NCBI GenBank assembly: GCA_965263035.1
Contig: OZ253580.1
Coordinates: 5,952,001-6,016,000, forward strand
Direction: 5' to 3'
Length of the DNA stretch: 64,000 nt
DNA from: Acidobacteriota bacterium
Lineage (GTDB): Bacteria > Acidobacteriota > UBA6911 > RPQK01 > JAJDTT01
Position 1 is the stretch's first letter; each line of letters begins with the position of its first letter. The notes below the pieces were generated by a model. The model was not told the origin of the DNA. It saw nothing but the letters and a program-made list of their open reading frames with translations, and did no database searches. A program made the translations under genes and the position numbers. Positions 1 through 10,486 of the stretch are shown here, one piece after another.

Positions 1-2
1 GG

Positions 3-191
3 GTGCGGAGGGTCAGTGACAAAGACCCCAATGTCCTGCGCTACCTGGCCTCCATCGGCATCTTCCCCGACGTCAAGCTGAATCTGGTGCGGCGGGACCC
101 GTTTGACGGACCCGTCTACATTCGGGTCAACGGAATCGAGCACGGACTCAGCGAGGAACTGGCCCGCCAGATCTTCGTCAGCCTGCCATGA
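3..191 (+). CDS. C-terminal FeoA/SH3-like domain of a probable DtxR/MntR-family metal-dependent regulator (5' part outside window)
   Basis: RVSDKDPNVLRYLASIGIFPDVKL...PFDGPVYIRV...LSEELARQIFV matches the FeoA-like tail of DtxR regulators; stop overlaps next ATG (ATGA). Confidence 0.7.
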   Translation: MRRVSDKDPNVLRYLASIGIFPDVKLNLVRRDPFDGPVYIRVNGIEHGLSEELARQIFVSLP

Positions 192-1747
192 GGGTGCCTC
201 TCACTCCCTTGCGGTTCCTGTACCGTGCCAGGGACCAATTCGGGGCCAAGGTGGGCATTATCGACGGCGGACGAAGCTGGACCTACCGGGATTTTTCGCG
301 GCGCTGCCATCGTCTGGCCGCCATCCTCTCGTCCAGGCGGCTTCCCGCCGGCTCCCGGGTCGCTCTCCTCTCGTACAACCAGCACCCGCTCCTGGAAGCC
401 TATTACGGAGTCCCCCTGGCCGGTTGTATCCTCCTTCCTCTGAATACCCGGCTCCGGGCCGGCGACTTCCGCCACATCCTCAACGACGCGGAAGCACGGG
501 TCCTCATATTCCATCCCGACTTTCTCCCCATCGTCGAGGAGATTCGGCAAGATCTCCACAGCGTCCGGCGTTTCCTGGTTCTGGAGCCCGGTCCATCCCG
601 CGACTGGATCGAACCGGTCTCCTACGAGCATCTGATGGAGACCGGCGAGAGCGCGGCGGACCGGGACATCGCCGAGGTCGACGAGGAGGAGGTCGCCGAG
701 CTGTTCTACACCTCGGGCACCACGGCTCTTCCCAAGGGCGTCATGCTTACCCATCGCAACCTCTACCTTCACGCCCTGGAGGTGTCCCTGGCGCTGGGGA
801 TCCGGGAAGAGGACACCCAACTGCACACCATCCCCCTGTTCCACGTCAACGGTTGGGGAACGCCCCAGTTCCTGACCTGTCTGGGAGGGCGCCACGTCCT
901 CATGAAACGCTTCCACCCCGGAGAAGCGTTTCGCCTGATCCAGGAACATGGCGTCACGTTCTTTTTTCTGGTTCCGACCATGGCCATTTCGCTCCTGAAC
1001 CATTCCGAACGGGATCGATTCGACACTTCTTCGGTCCGGTTGATCAATCTGGGCGGGGCAGCCGCCAATCCCAGACTCGTGGAGCAATTGGAGAAGGCCT
1101 TCGATTGCCGGTGTGTCGCCGGCTACGGTCTCACCGAATGTTCGCCCGTGGTGACGCTCTCTTTTCCAAAGAGCCATCTTGCGGTCCAGGGCGAGCGCCG
1201 TCTGGCGCTCCAGTCCATGACCGGCTACCCCATCCCCGGCGTGGAGCTGGCGCTGCTGGACCAGCAGGGCCGTTCCCTTCCCTGGAACGGCAGCGATCTG
1301 GGGGAGATCGCGATCCGGGGAGATGGTGTCATGAAGGGCTATTGGGGACAGACGGAGACGGAGCCGACGGCCCGGAACTGGTTGCGGACCGGTGATCTGG
1401 CCACCATCGACCCGGACGGCTACGTTCAGATCGTCGATCGCAAGAAGGACATCATCGTCAGCGGCGGCGAGAATATCTCCAGCCTGGAGGTGGAACGGGT
1501 GCTGCTTTCCCATCCCGGCGTCCTGGAGTGCGCCGTGATTCCGGCTCCCGACGAGCACTGGGGAGAGATCCCCAAGGCGGTGGTCGTGCCCAGAACTCCG
1601 GGCCGCGTCACCGGGAAGGAACTCGTCTCCTACTGCCGGCGCCGCCTGGCCCCCTTCAAGGTGCCTCGGATCGTCGAACTCGTGTCCGACCTGCCCAAGG
1701 GCGGAACCGGCAAGATTCTGAAGAGGGAGCTCAGGAAGCGGGGCTGA
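188..1747 (+). CDS. long-chain fatty acid--CoA ligase (AMP-binding enzyme)
   Basis: YTSGTTALPKG, GYGLTE, RTGDLA, DRKKDIIVSGGENI and LPKGGTGKILK motifs. Confidence 0.92.
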   Translation: MRVPLTPLRFLYRARDQFGAKVGIIDGGRSWTYRDFSRRCHRLAAILSSRRLPAGSRVALLSYNQHPLLEAYYGVPLAGCILLPLNTRLRAGDFRHILNDAEARVLIFHPDFLPIVEEIRQDLHSVRRFLVLEPGPSRDWIEPVSYEHLMETGESAADRDIAEVDEEEVAELFYTSGTTALPKGVMLTHRNLYLHALEVSLALGIREEDTQLHTIPLFHVNGWGTPQFLTCLGGRHVLMKRFHPGEAFRLIQEHGVTFFFLVPTMAISLLNHSERDRFDTSSVRLINLGGAAANPRLVEQLEKAFDCRCVAGYGLTECSPVVTLSFPKSHLAVQGERRLALQSMTGYPIPGVELALLDQQGRSLPWNGSDLGEIAIRGDGVMKGYWGQTETEPTARNWLRTGDLATIDPDGYVQIVDRKKDIIVSGGENISSLEVERVLLSHPGVLECAVIPAPDEHWGEIPKAVVVPRTPGRVTGKELVSYCRRRLAPFKVPRIVELVSDLPKGGTGKILKRELRKRG

Positions 1748-1790
1748 AACCGCCTGTCCCACTCTGCGGGACGTTGGGTCGGACAAACTC

Positions 1791-1958
1791 TTAACAGCCC
1801 GTGGCAAAAGTCGTCACGGCATTCGACCGGGGCTGCATCGTGCGCGGACTGCGTTGCTCCCCGGTCACATACTCCCGGCATGCTCCCTCGGAGCGCCTTG
1901 TCCGGCGGGCGCAGCCCCGGTCTCGGTGCTGCGTGGGACTTTCCCCACGGACTGTTAA
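1791..1958. mobile_element. MITE-like element with terminal inverted repeats, bounded by TTAA
   Basis: ttaacagcccgtggcaaaagtc (1791) vs reverse complement of right end ttaacagtccgtggggaaagtc (3 mismatches in 22); inner perfect 12-bp IR gaccggggctgc (1825) / gcagccccggtc (1911). Confidence 0.7.
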
Positions 1959-2878
1959 CCCGAATGGGCCAGATTCTCCAGATACTTCTCGGCGTCAATG
2001 GCCGCCCGGCAACCTGCCCCGGCAGCGGTGACGGCCTGCCGGTAGACATGGTCGTGGATGTCCCCGGCGGCGAAGACTCCCTCGACGCTGGTCCGGGAGC
2101 CGCCGTGGACGGAGATGTAGCCGCCGTGGGTCTTCACCTTGTCCCGAAAGGCCTCGGAGTTGGGCGTGTGACCGATGGCGATGAACACTCCTTCCATGGG
2201 GAGCTGACTCTCCTCGCCGGTCTTCACGTTTCGGAGCCGGATCGACTCGACCCGTTTCTTTTCCGGGTCCAGGATATCGGTCACGACCGTGTCCCAGAGG
2301 AAATTGATCCTGGGATGGCTCAGGGCGCGGGCCGCCATGATCTTGGATGCTCTCAGTTCGTCCCGCCGGTGGATGATGGTCACGCTCTCGGCAAACTTGG
2401 TGAGGAAGAGAGACTCCTCCATGGCGCTGTCGCCCCCTCCGACCACGGCGACGCGCTGACCCCTGAAGAAGAAGCCGTCACACGTCGCGCAGGTGGAGAC
2501 GCCGTAGCCGATGAGCCGCTTCTCCGACTCCAGCCCTATGAGCCGGGCCGATGCTCCCGAAGCGATGATCAAGGAGAGAGTCCGATAGGAGGCCGCTTCC
2601 GTTCGAACCGTGAAGGGATGGTTCAAATCCGCCTCGACCACGGTTTCCATCCGGTATTCGGCCCCGAACCGCTGGGCCTGCTCCTTCATTCTCTGCACCA
2701 GGTCCGGACCATCGATCCCATCGGGAAAGCCAGGGTAGTTCTCGACCAGAGTGGTCAGCGAGAGCTGTCCTCCCGGCTCATGTCCTTCCACGACAAGGGG
2801 AGACAAGTTGGCTCTGGCAGCGTAGATGGCGGCCGTCGAACCGGCGCAGCCCGAACCCAGAATGATCACGTTGTACAC
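1955..2878 (-). CDS. trxB: thioredoxin-disulfide reductase
   Basis: IILGSGCAG FAD motif, GVSTCATCDG redox centre, VVGGGDSAMEE, GVFAAGD; GTG start inferred at 2878. Confidence 0.95.
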   Translation of the reverse strand: MYNVIILGSGCAGSTAAIYAARANLSPLVVEGHEPGGQLSLTTLVENYPGFPDGIDGPDLVQRMKEQAQRFGAEYRMETVVEADLNHPFTVRTEAASYRTLSLIIASGASARLIGLESEKRLIGYGVSTCATCDGFFFRGQRVAVVGGGDSAMEESLFLTKFAESVTIIHRRDELRASKIMAARALSHPRINFLWDTVVTDILDPEKKRVESIRLRNVKTGEESQLPMEGVFIAIGHTPNSEAFRDKVKTHGGYISVHGGSRTSVEGVFAAGDIHDHVYRQAVTAAGAGCRAAIDAEKYLENLAHSG

Positions 2879-3090
2879 GGAATCGCCCCTCCCTCGCTCA
2901 TCCGGCGAATTTGCTCTTGTTCTGCCCCATACCCCCGCGGCCGTCCCTTGAAACGGGACACCAACTTCAGAGCGGGGTACGATAAAATAACGGATGGTGC
3001 TACGGCTTGGCAACGGTGCGGCGGCGGCCGGCGATCGCTCCGGACGGCGCAGCGCAGTTGGGCCGTGTCCATTCAGGGAAGGCTGAAGCG

Positions 3091-4176
3091 ATGTTCGATC
3101 AAGATTGGATGGCTCCCATAGACACGCTGCTTCAGAGCTTGACCGAAATGTCGGTCGCGCGAATCTTGTGGGCGCTGCTGATCGCTTCGATCGGACTCGT
3201 GTCGGGCCGTATCGTCGACAAGGTGGTCACCAAGCTGCTCTACCGGTTGACCCAGCGCACCAAGACCGAGCTGGATGACCTCCTCATCGAGCATCTCCAC
3301 CGTCCCGTCATGCGGAGCACGGTTCTCCTCGGTTTCTACATAGCCCTTAAAGTGTCCGGCCTGCACGACCAGGTGGTGAATCTCCTTGCTCACTTGATCC
3401 AGACCCTTGCCGTCCTGATCTGGCTGTTTGCGGCGATGCCGCTCGCCGGACTCGTCTTCCGATGGATGAGCCAACATCAGACCCGGTTTCGGGCGATCCA
3501 GCCGGCAAGCCTTCCCCTGTTTACCATCGGAAGCCAGGTCGTGCTCGTCAGCGCCGCCGTCTATGTGGGAATGCAGGCCTGGGAGATCGACATCGCGGCC
3601 TGGGTGGCTTCGGCTGGAATCCTGGGTCTCGCCGTCGGTTTCGCCGCGCGCGACACCCTGGCCAATCTATTCGCGGGCGTCTCCATTCTCGCCGACGCCC
3701 CCTACAAGATCGGCGACTACATCGTGCTCATCGACGGGAACAAACGGGGCATGGTGACGCAGATCGGACTCCGCAGCACCCGGATCCTGACGCGTGACGA
3801 CATCGAGATCACGATTCCCAACGCCGCCATCGCCAATTCGACTCTCGTCAACGAGAGCGGGGGGCCCTCGATTCACCAGAGAGTTCGCCTGCGGGTCTCC
3901 GTGGCCTATGGATCGGACGTGGACCAGGTGCGCGACCTGCTCCTGGCCGTGGCCCAGGACGAACCCATGGTCCGCCCCGAACCCACGTCTCGGGTGCGGT
4001 TCCGCGAGTTTGGAGAATCGGGATTGAGCTTCGAGCTCCTCTGCTGGATTGCGGAAGCGGAACTGCGGGGCAGGGCCATCGACGCCCTCCACACCCGAGT
4101 CTACAAGGCCCTGGGAGACGCAGGAATCGAGATTCCGTTTCCCCAGCGCGACGTCAATATCAGACCGTCACCGTGA
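3091..4176 (+). CDS. small-conductance mechanosensitive channel family protein
   Basis: N-terminal TM helices, GLAVGFAARDTLANLFAG, PYKIGD, IGLRSTRI, GIEIPFPQRDV. Confidence 0.9.
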   Translation: MFDQDWMAPIDTLLQSLTEMSVARILWALLIASIGLVSGRIVDKVVTKLLYRLTQRTKTELDDLLIEHLHRPVMRSTVLLGFYIALKVSGLHDQVVNLLAHLIQTLAVLIWLFAAMPLAGLVFRWMSQHQTRFRAIQPASLPLFTIGSQVVLVSAAVYVGMQAWEIDIAAWVASAGILGLAVGFAARDTLANLFAGVSILADAPYKIGDYIVLIDGNKRGMVTQIGLRSTRILTRDDIEITIPNAAIANSTLVNESGGPSIHQRVRLRVSVAYGSDVDQVRDLLLAVAQDEPMVRPEPTSRVRFREFGESGLSFELLCWIAEAELRGRAIDALHTRVYKALGDAGIEIPFPQRDVNIRPSP

Positions 4177-4252
4177 AGGTCTCCGGGAAATCGAAATCAC
4201 CGCCAGCGGCCTGCTCTGGTTCGAACCTCAGCCACCTGTCGAGCCCTGCGGG

Positions 4253-5296
4253 TCAGATCGCATCGAGCTCGGACAGCTTGACGGGCCGGCCTTCCCGGGC
4301 AGACAGATCCGCCGCGAACACCACCTTGTGACTTTCCCACGCCTCCCGGACCCCCGTCAGCGGCATGGCCCGGCCCTCCCCCACGCTGTCCACGAAGGCC
4401 TGGAACTGGGGCTCGTAAGGATGGTGGCTCACATCTCCCGAATCGATCAGCTGAGTCGCCAGAGTGCTCCAGACCTCCTTGCTCAAGCCCTTGAGTTTCG
4501 CGCTGTAGATCCGGTTGTCCAGCAGGCTTCCTTCACTCCCAACCAGGTGGATATGGAAGTAGTAGGGCTGGAGGCAATCCACCACCGAGGCGACCTTGCC
4601 CAGCCGGCCGTCCTCGAATCTGAGGAGGGTGACACTGGTGGTATCGTACTCGTAGGGAGCGAAAACGGAGTTGGAGGAACGAGTCCCGTGGGACACCACC
4701 TCCTCGACCCGGCCTCCCATGAACATCAGCAGCCCGTCCAAGGCGTGGCAGCCGGCCGTGAGCAGGCTGCTTCCCGCATACCTCTGCTTGACGTTCCACT
4801 CGAATTGGCCATACCAGGGTCCGATCCCGTGATAGTAGTCCACTTCCCCGTAGTGGACCCGGCCCAGGAGACCTTCCGACAGACAGGACCGGATCATGGT
4901 GAAATGCTCGCTGAAACGGCATTCGAAGCAGACACAGACCCCGACGCCGGCGTCTTCGATGGCCCGCTTCATGGCTGCCAGATCCTCGACCGTCAGACAT
5001 AGGGGTTTCTCGATGATGAGGTGCTTTCCCGCCCGGGCCGCCGCGATGGACTGCTCGGCGTGCAGATGGTGCGGGGTGCAGATGTCCACGATGTCGATTT
5101 CAGGATCGGACAACATCTCCTCGTAGCTGCCGTAGACCTTCAGCGGGACACCATAGGTGGCCTCCAGCTCCGACTCATCCAGCCGGCGCCTGGAGGAGAC
5201 GCCGCTGACACGCGCGCCCGAGACCGTCTTGAAGGTTTCGATGTGGGCTCCCGCGACCCATCCCAGTCCCACGATTCCGACGTTCAATTCGCTCAT
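4253..5296 (-). CDS. Gfo/Idh/MocA family oxidoreductase
   Basis: [28 protein letters not shown]. Confidence 0.9.
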   Translation of the reverse strand: MSELNVGIVGLGWVAGAHIETFKTVSGARVSGVSSRRRLDESELEATYGVPLKVYGSYEEMLSDPEIDIVDICTPHHLHAEQSIAAARAGKHLIIEKPLCLTVEDLAAMKRAIEDAGVGVCVCFECRFSEHFTMIRSCLSEGLLGRVHYGEVDYYHGIGPWYGQFEWNVKQRYAGSSLLTAGCHALDGLLMFMGGRVEEVVSHGTRSSNSVFAPYEYDTTSVTLLRFEDGRLGKVASVVDCLQPYYFHIHLVGSEGSLLDNRIYSAKLKGLSKEVWSTLATQLIDSGDVSHHPYEPQFQAFVDSVGEGRAMPLTGVREAWESHKVVFAADLSAREGRPVKLSELDAI

Positions 5297-5491
5297 TTTC
5301 ACTCCCTCCGGATCTGATGGGATCGAATTCGCACCGGTGACGCTTGCTCCTTTGAAGTCCCGCGCCTCAGGGTGCAAGAGATTGGACGATATCTGCTATA
5401 TTTGGACCTTAAACAGAAAAATACAACCGGATAGCGTTGCAAAAGACTCCCCGATAGCGGAACTGTGGAGACGCGGAAGCCCACCCTTCAG

Positions 5492-6247
5492 ATGACGACA
5501 CCGGGAATCGTCAACCAGAACCCGCCACGCTCCGCCGGCCGGTCAGCCGGGATCGGACTCCTCCCGATCCTGGGAATCCTGGCCGGGTTGACCGCGCTGA
5601 CACTCGCCGGCCTCTACCTCGACGACCGCTTCCAGACACTGGAGGAGCGGATTTCCGTGAATCGGGAATACCTTCACGCCGAGCGGGAGGAGATGAAACG
5701 TCTCAGTTCACGGTTGCTGGGCCTCAGCGGCGACTCCCAACGATTGGAGGGGGAGCTGGAAAAGGAGGACCAGAAGCTTCGGAACACCGTCAGGTCCAGT
5801 TTTCAGCAGGCTCGGAATAAAATCGAGGAAAGCCGCGGGGATATCGAGAAGCTGATTTCCGCCTTGGAGGCTCTGGCCGTCACGGTGGAACAACTGAACC
5901 AAAGCCACCAGGACGCCGTGGCTCAGTCCCAGGCTCGGCACACGGAAACAGAGAAGAATACCGAGTCGAACCGAGCAGCGGTCAGTACCGTCAGGACCAA
6001 TGTGGAGCGGATCCGGGGCCAGTTGCGAACCCACCTCGAACGGATGAACCGGCTGGGCAAGACGCTGGAGGGTCTGAGCGCTCAGGTGCAGTCCGTGGAA
6101 GAGTCCAACAAGAGCACTCTGGTGTCATTGGAATCCAATCTTCAGGCCCTCTCGGAGCGGGTCAGTCTGGCTCTCAACGACTCCCGGGCCCGCTTGGACG
6201 ACTTGACCGCCAAATTGGACCGGCTGCGCGGCCAGGAAGTGTTTTAA
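5492..6247 (+). CDS. membrane-anchored coiled-coil protein of unknown function
   Basis: single hydrophobic N-terminal helix followed by ~200 aa with heptad (L/V/I, E/K/R) pattern. Confidence 0.7.
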   Translation: MTTPGIVNQNPPRSAGRSAGIGLLPILGILAGLTALTLAGLYLDDRFQTLEERISVNREYLHAEREEMKRLSSRLLGLSGDSQRLEGELEKEDQKLRNTVRSSFQQARNKIEESRGDIEKLISALEALAVTVEQLNQSHQDAVAQSQARHTETEKNTESNRAAVSTVRTNVERIRGQLRTHLERMNRLGKTLEGLSAQVQSVEESNKSTLVSLESNLQALSERVSLALNDSRARLDDLTAKLDRLRGQEVF

Positions 6248-6267
6248 CGCACCGTTGTCGGCGCCCC

Positions 6268-7410
6268 TCAATCAATCGTCACCCACTCCAGGTTCTGGGC
6301 GGAACGGAGAACCGCTTCCTGGGTTTTCTGGGTGGCCAGCGCCTCCCGGAAGCTGGGATGGGTTCCCTCGCCTGATTCCAAACCCTTCAGGAAATCGGCC
6401 AAGGCGTTGATGAAGGTGTGCTCGTAGCCGATCACGCAACCCGGAACCCACCAGTTCTTCATGTAGGGGTGTTCGAAGGCGGTCACCAGGATGGTGCGCC
6501 AACCTTGGAGGTGGGACGGGTCGTCGTGATTGAAGTACCGGAGCTGGTGCATGTTCTCCAGGTCGAAGTAGAGCGAACCCTTCTCCCCGTTGATCTCGAA
6601 CGAGTTCTTGTTCTTGCGTCCGCGAGCGTAACGGGTGGCTTCGAAGGTCCCGTTGGACCCGTTGGAAAAGCGGGCCATGAAGGTGCAGACATCGTCGATC
6701 TCCACGGCCTTCCGCTCCGTCGGACTTCCCTGCACCGGGCGCTCCTTGACGAAGATCTCCGTCATCCCCGACACCGACTCGACAGGGCCGTTGAGCCAGA
6801 TTGCGGTGTCGATGCTGTGGCTCGCCAGATCTCCTGAGACGCCGGCCCCGGCGACTTCCTTTTCCAGGCGCCAGAGAGTGGGGCCTCCCAGCGGTACGTC
6901 TTCCGATATGGTCCAGTCCTGCAGGTAGGTGGACCGGTAGTGGTAGATTCGTCCCAGGCGGCCCTCATCGATCAACTGGCGGGCCAACGCGATGGCCGGA
7001 ACCCTGCGATAGTTGAACCAGACCATGTTGGCGACTCCTGCACTTTCCACGGCCTCCACCATCTCCACGGCCTCATCCACATCGATGGCCAGCGGTTTCT
7101 CGCACAGCACCATCTTTCCCCGGCTCGCGGCGGCCAGAGCGATCTCATGATGGGTGTTGTTGGGACTGCAGATGTCGATGACGTCGATGTCGTCCCGCTC
7201 CACCAGACGCCGCCAGTCGGTCTCCGTCGATTCCCAGCCCCAATTGCGGGCGAACGGCTCCAACTTGTCCGAGTTCCGGGCCGCCACTGCCTTGAGGACG
7301 CAGGTCCGGTCCAGATCGAAGAACTGGTTGACCTTCCGGTACGCGTTGGAGTGGGCTCGACCCATGAATCCGTAGCCGATCATTCCTACATTCAGCGTCT
7401 TCGTTGCCAT
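6268..7410 (-). CDS. Gfo/Idh/MocA family oxidoreductase
   Basis: VGMIGYGFMGRAH, DICSPNNTH, KMVLCEKPLA, YLQDW. Confidence 0.92.
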   Translation of the reverse strand: MATKTLNVGMIGYGFMGRAHSNAYRKVNQFFDLDRTCVLKAVAARNSDKLEPFARNWGWESTETDWRRLVERDDIDVIDICSPNNTHHEIALAAASRGKMVLCEKPLAIDVDEAVEMVEAVESAGVANMVWFNYRRVPAIALARQLIDEGRLGRIYHYRSTYLQDWTISEDVPLGGPTLWRLEKEVAGAGVSGDLASHSIDTAIWLNGPVESVSGMTEIFVKERPVQGSPTERKAVEIDDVCTFMARFSNGSNGTFEATRYARGRKNKNSFEINGEKGSLYFDLENMHQLRYFNHDDPSHLQGWRTILVTAFEHPYMKNWWVPGCVIGYEHTFINALADFLKGLESGEGTHPSFREALATQKTQEAVLRSAQNLEWVTID

Positions 7411-7601
7411 GAGATTTCTCCGGATCCGCTCCGAGGCCGGCTCACCTGTCCCACCATGACCTGACGAAGCCAAGCCCTCACCCTCTGGTGCAGAGAGAGT
7501 ACGCCCGCACCGATCTGGGCCGCAAGCCCGTGGGGGGTGGCGTCACGCCCACGACGGGTGGGACAATCGGGACCGTCGCCGGCATGGGGGATATCGTGAA
7601 C

Positions 7602-8441
7602 ATGCGTGTGGGAATGAATCTGCTCCTCTGGACGACCGAAGTCGGACCGTCCCATCGAAAACTGCTGAAGCAGATTCGCGACTGGGGCTTCGACGGCGTC
7701 GAGATCCCCATTTTTTCGCCCCATCCTCAGCGCGCACGGGATCTCGGCCTGCTTCTGGACGATCTGGGACTGGAGCGCACGGCCGTCACCGTCGTTCCGC
7801 CGGACGCCAATCCCATTCACCCGGATCCATCCGTCCGGACCAAGGCCCTGGAGTACTTGAAGTCGGTGGTGGAGGCCTGCCATCTCGCCGGAATCCGTCT
7901 CCTCGCAGGCCCGCTCCACTCCCCCGTCGGTCTCCTGGCGGGCCGCAGCCGCACCCAGGAGGAATGGCGATGGGCTCTGGAAATCCTGCAACAGACGGCG
8001 GATCTGGCCCGGTCCGCGCGGATCACGCTGGCTCTGGAATTCCTGAACCGGTTCGAATCCTATTTCCTGAACTGCGCCAAGGACACCGTCGAGTTCACGG
8101 CTCAGGCCGATCGGCCCAATCTGGGGATTCTCTACGACACCTACCACGCCCATCTGGAGGAGAAGAACGTCTCCACGGCGATTCGGTCCTGTGCGGGCGC
8201 CCTTCGCCACGTCCACATCAGCGAGAACGACCGGGCGACCCCCGGCGAGGGTCAGGTCCGCTGGCAGGAGACCTTCGACACTCTCAAGGACGTCCGGTAT
8301 GCGGACTGGCTGGTCATCGAGGCCTTCGGGCAGGCGATGCCGGAACTGGCCGCCGCCACCTGCATCTGGCGGCGCATGTTCCCGTCAGAAGAGCATCTGG
8401 CGCGAAACGGACTGGAATGGATCCGCTCCAACTGGGATTGA
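7602..8441 (+). CDS. sugar phosphate isomerase/epimerase (D-psicose/D-tagatose 3-epimerase-like)
   Basis: GMNLLLWT, LEFLNRFE, YDTYH, HVHISENDRATPG, IEAF. Confidence 0.88.
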   Translation: MRVGMNLLLWTTEVGPSHRKLLKQIRDWGFDGVEIPIFSPHPQRARDLGLLLDDLGLERTAVTVVPPDANPIHPDPSVRTKALEYLKSVVEACHLAGIRLLAGPLHSPVGLLAGRSRTQEEWRWALEILQQTADLARSARITLALEFLNRFESYFLNCAKDTVEFTAQADRPNLGILYDTYHAHLEEKNVSTAIRSCAGALRHVHISENDRATPGEGQVRWQETFDTLKDVRYADWLVIEAFGQAMPELAAATCIWRRMFPSEEHLARNGLEWIRSNWD

Positions 8442-8690
8442 TTTCCGCCTGAAAAACGTAGGGGCACCCCTTGTGGATGCCCTCTTTCGTCCGAACCTCG
8501 GTTGCCAGCCCGGACGAGGGCGACCACGAGGGTCGCCCCTATGAGACGAAGAACCAGCATCTGCCGGCAGTGGTGTTTCGGAGAGCTCTCCCTATCGATC
8601 CCGGAACCGCTCGGCCGTGTCCTGCGGCTCGTAATCCCAGGTCCCGCCGAGCGTTGTCCAGAGACCGATAGTTCCACTTGTTGTCGGAGG
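8442..8690 (+). repeat. direct repeat copy A: GTAG-REP doublet plus degenerate 3' end of the NAD-dependent epimerase gene (copy B at ~10364-10583)
   Basis: gtaggggcaccccttgtgg...gggcgaccac...gcccct and tcccaggtcccgccgagcgttgtccagagaccgatagttccacttgttgtcggag occur at both places. Confidence 0.9.
8458..8542. repeat. GTAG-type REP doublet (REPIN)
   Basis: GTAG + hairpin ggggcaccccttgtggatgccc, then inverted partner gggcgaccacgagggtcgcccctat. Confidence 0.85.
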
Positions 8691-8699
8691 ACCGAATGA

Positions 8700-8994
8700 G
8701 GGGACAGTCTATTTTTCCGTGCTTGCTGGATTTGGTGGCGGGGACGGCCTGTCCCTTGGTCGGGATCGGTTCAGCCTCACCGGATGTGCGCGGCTCGAAT
8801 AGTCTCAGACGGCTCACGTCCGGATCTCCAGGAGGCTGAAAAAGGGGACAGTCTATTCTTCCGGGACGAGTTGCACCGGATGTCGGGAGAGCTGCCCGGG
8901 CCTTCCAAACCCTGCGGCGCGGCCCGCGCTCAGCCGTCAGGCACCGGCTCTTGACCCATTCAGGAGGGGAAAAAGGGGACGGTCTATTTTTCCG
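8700..8994 (+). repeat. three direct copies of GGGGACRGTCTATTYTTCCG in ~130-145 bp degenerate units
   Basis: motif at 8700, 8844 and 8975; the units also share caccggatgt and caggagg..aaaaa. Confidence 0.85.
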
Positions 8995-9188
8995 GGACGG
9001 GAGGCACAGGGCGGACCACAAAGGTGTCGGCTCCTTCGTCTGCAAAGACAACTGAGGTGGCGACTTGGTCACGTTTCCTCGGATGCTTCCGGGAACGCGA
9101 GATTTGCTGATTTTCTTGAGTTTCCTTCGCCTTTCTCAGATCTGAATCGTTGTTGTCATCAGGGGTGCGAACCGATTCACCGAGGACA

Positions 9189-10130
9189 ATGGCCATGGCC
9201 CGAGGCGCGCGACACAAAAGCACAGAGGCCGCTTTCTATCACCTCACCAATCGAGTCGCCGGTCGGGCCGATTGGTTCCCCTTTGAAGACCGCCAAGCCC
9301 GGAGCAAACTCCTGGACATGATGTTGTTCTACGTCAATGCCTACCGGTGTCGTTTGGCCGCTTTCCAGATCATGGGTAATCACTTCCACTTCATCGTCCA
9401 TTTTGAGAAACCTCGCCCCTTGTCCCGCGAGGAATTGATGGAGAGCGCCCACAAGCTTTATGGACGAAAGGCAGAGGTGAAAACCGACGGTTGGACCGAC
9501 GCCCAGTGGGAGGCTTTCAACCAGCGTCTATTTGACGTGTCGAAACTGATGGCGAACTTGGACGGGCTCTATGCCCGGTGGATCAACCGTAAGTTCGTAC
9601 GACGAGGCCATTTTTGGAGTGATCGCTTCAAGAACCCGGAACTATTGGGAAGCGAAGCCGTCCAGGACGCCCTCCTCTACGTGGAACTCAATGCCGTCCG
9701 GGCCGGACTGGTCAAACGACCCGAGCAGTGGAAGTGGGGCTCGGCCCGTTGGAGACTCACCGGCAAGGATCAAGATCTGATACCACTGGAGGAACTGTTC
9801 CCCTCGGATCCCGGAACCGACGTGTACAGCAGTTACCGGGCTCGCTTGTACTATCGAGGAGCCGTCCCCACCCGGGAGAACCAGGCCGCGATCCCCCGGT
9901 GGATCCTCCATCAGGAGCAGCGACGTGGATTTACCCGTGCCGGAGCATTTCGCCGGCGTTTGCGATTTCTGACGGACGGATTGGCCGTCGGGCCGGCAGA
10001 GAAGGTGGCGCAACTGCTGGCGACGTATCGGCAGCAAGGTCGATATCGACGTCGCCAACACCCCATCCCTCAACTGGGCGGAGTGCTGTTTTCCCTGCGG
10101 GAGCAGCGCTCGAACGCCTTCGTCTCGTAG
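9189..10130 (+). CDS. REP-associated tyrosine transposase (RAYT; HUH Y1, IS200-like fold)
   Basis: FYHLTNR, IMGNHFHFIV (HUH), RRGHFWSDRFK, LLYVELNAVRAGLV..PEQWKWGS; REP doublets on both sides. Confidence 0.88.
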   Translation: MAMARGARHKSTEAAFYHLTNRVAGRADWFPFEDRQARSKLLDMMLFYVNAYRCRLAAFQIMGNHFHFIVHFEKPRPLSREELMESAHKLYGRKAEVKTDGWTDAQWEAFNQRLFDVSKLMANLDGLYARWINRKFVRRGHFWSDRFKNPELLGSEAVQDALLYVELNAVRAGLVKRPEQWKWGSARWRLTGKDQDLIPLEELFPSDPGTDVYSSYRARLYYRGAVPTRENQAAIPRWILHQEQRRGFTRAGAFRRRLRFLTDGLAVGPAEKVAQLLATYRQQGRYRRRQHPIPQLGGVLFSLREQRSNAFVS

Positions 10131-10389
10131 ACTCGCCTGATCTCCGACTGTCGATTCTGCCACTGTGGCACGGAACGACCCAGATCACTGGAACCGCCCA
10201 ATAGACTGAATTGTCCTCTTAGTGTGTGGAAAGTCCTCCGGACTTCCATCCATTTGCCATAGGTTCACTGCTCTGCTTCCGCAATCTGTTCTCGAGACTG
10301 TCCCTTTCTGTTTCTTTCTGTCCTTTCTGTCTCGGAATTCCGTCGAGACGCTCCATCCCGACCCTTCCGCGTGAAAAACCGTGAAAAAC

Positions 10390-10474
10390 GTAGGGGCACC
10401 CCTTGTGGGTGCCCTCTTTCGTCCGAACCTCAATTGCCAGCCCGGGCGAGGGCGACCACCAGGGGTGCCCCTGC
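10390..10474. repeat. GTAG-type REP doublet (REPIN)
   Basis: gtaggggcaccccttgtgggtgccc ... gggcgaccaccaggggtgcccctgc. Confidence 0.85.
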
Positions 10475-10486
10475 GAACGGTGTCCC

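Noticed and set aside
116-1807. Long antisense or alternate-frame ORFs (also 1880-3121, 41120-42823, 48265-50004, 50790-52769 and others)
   Set aside because: Typical high-GC shadow ORFs overlapping genes with clear motifs.
8700-8994. CRISPR array
   Set aside because: Only three ~20-bp repeats, spacers over 100 bp that resemble each other, and no cas genes.
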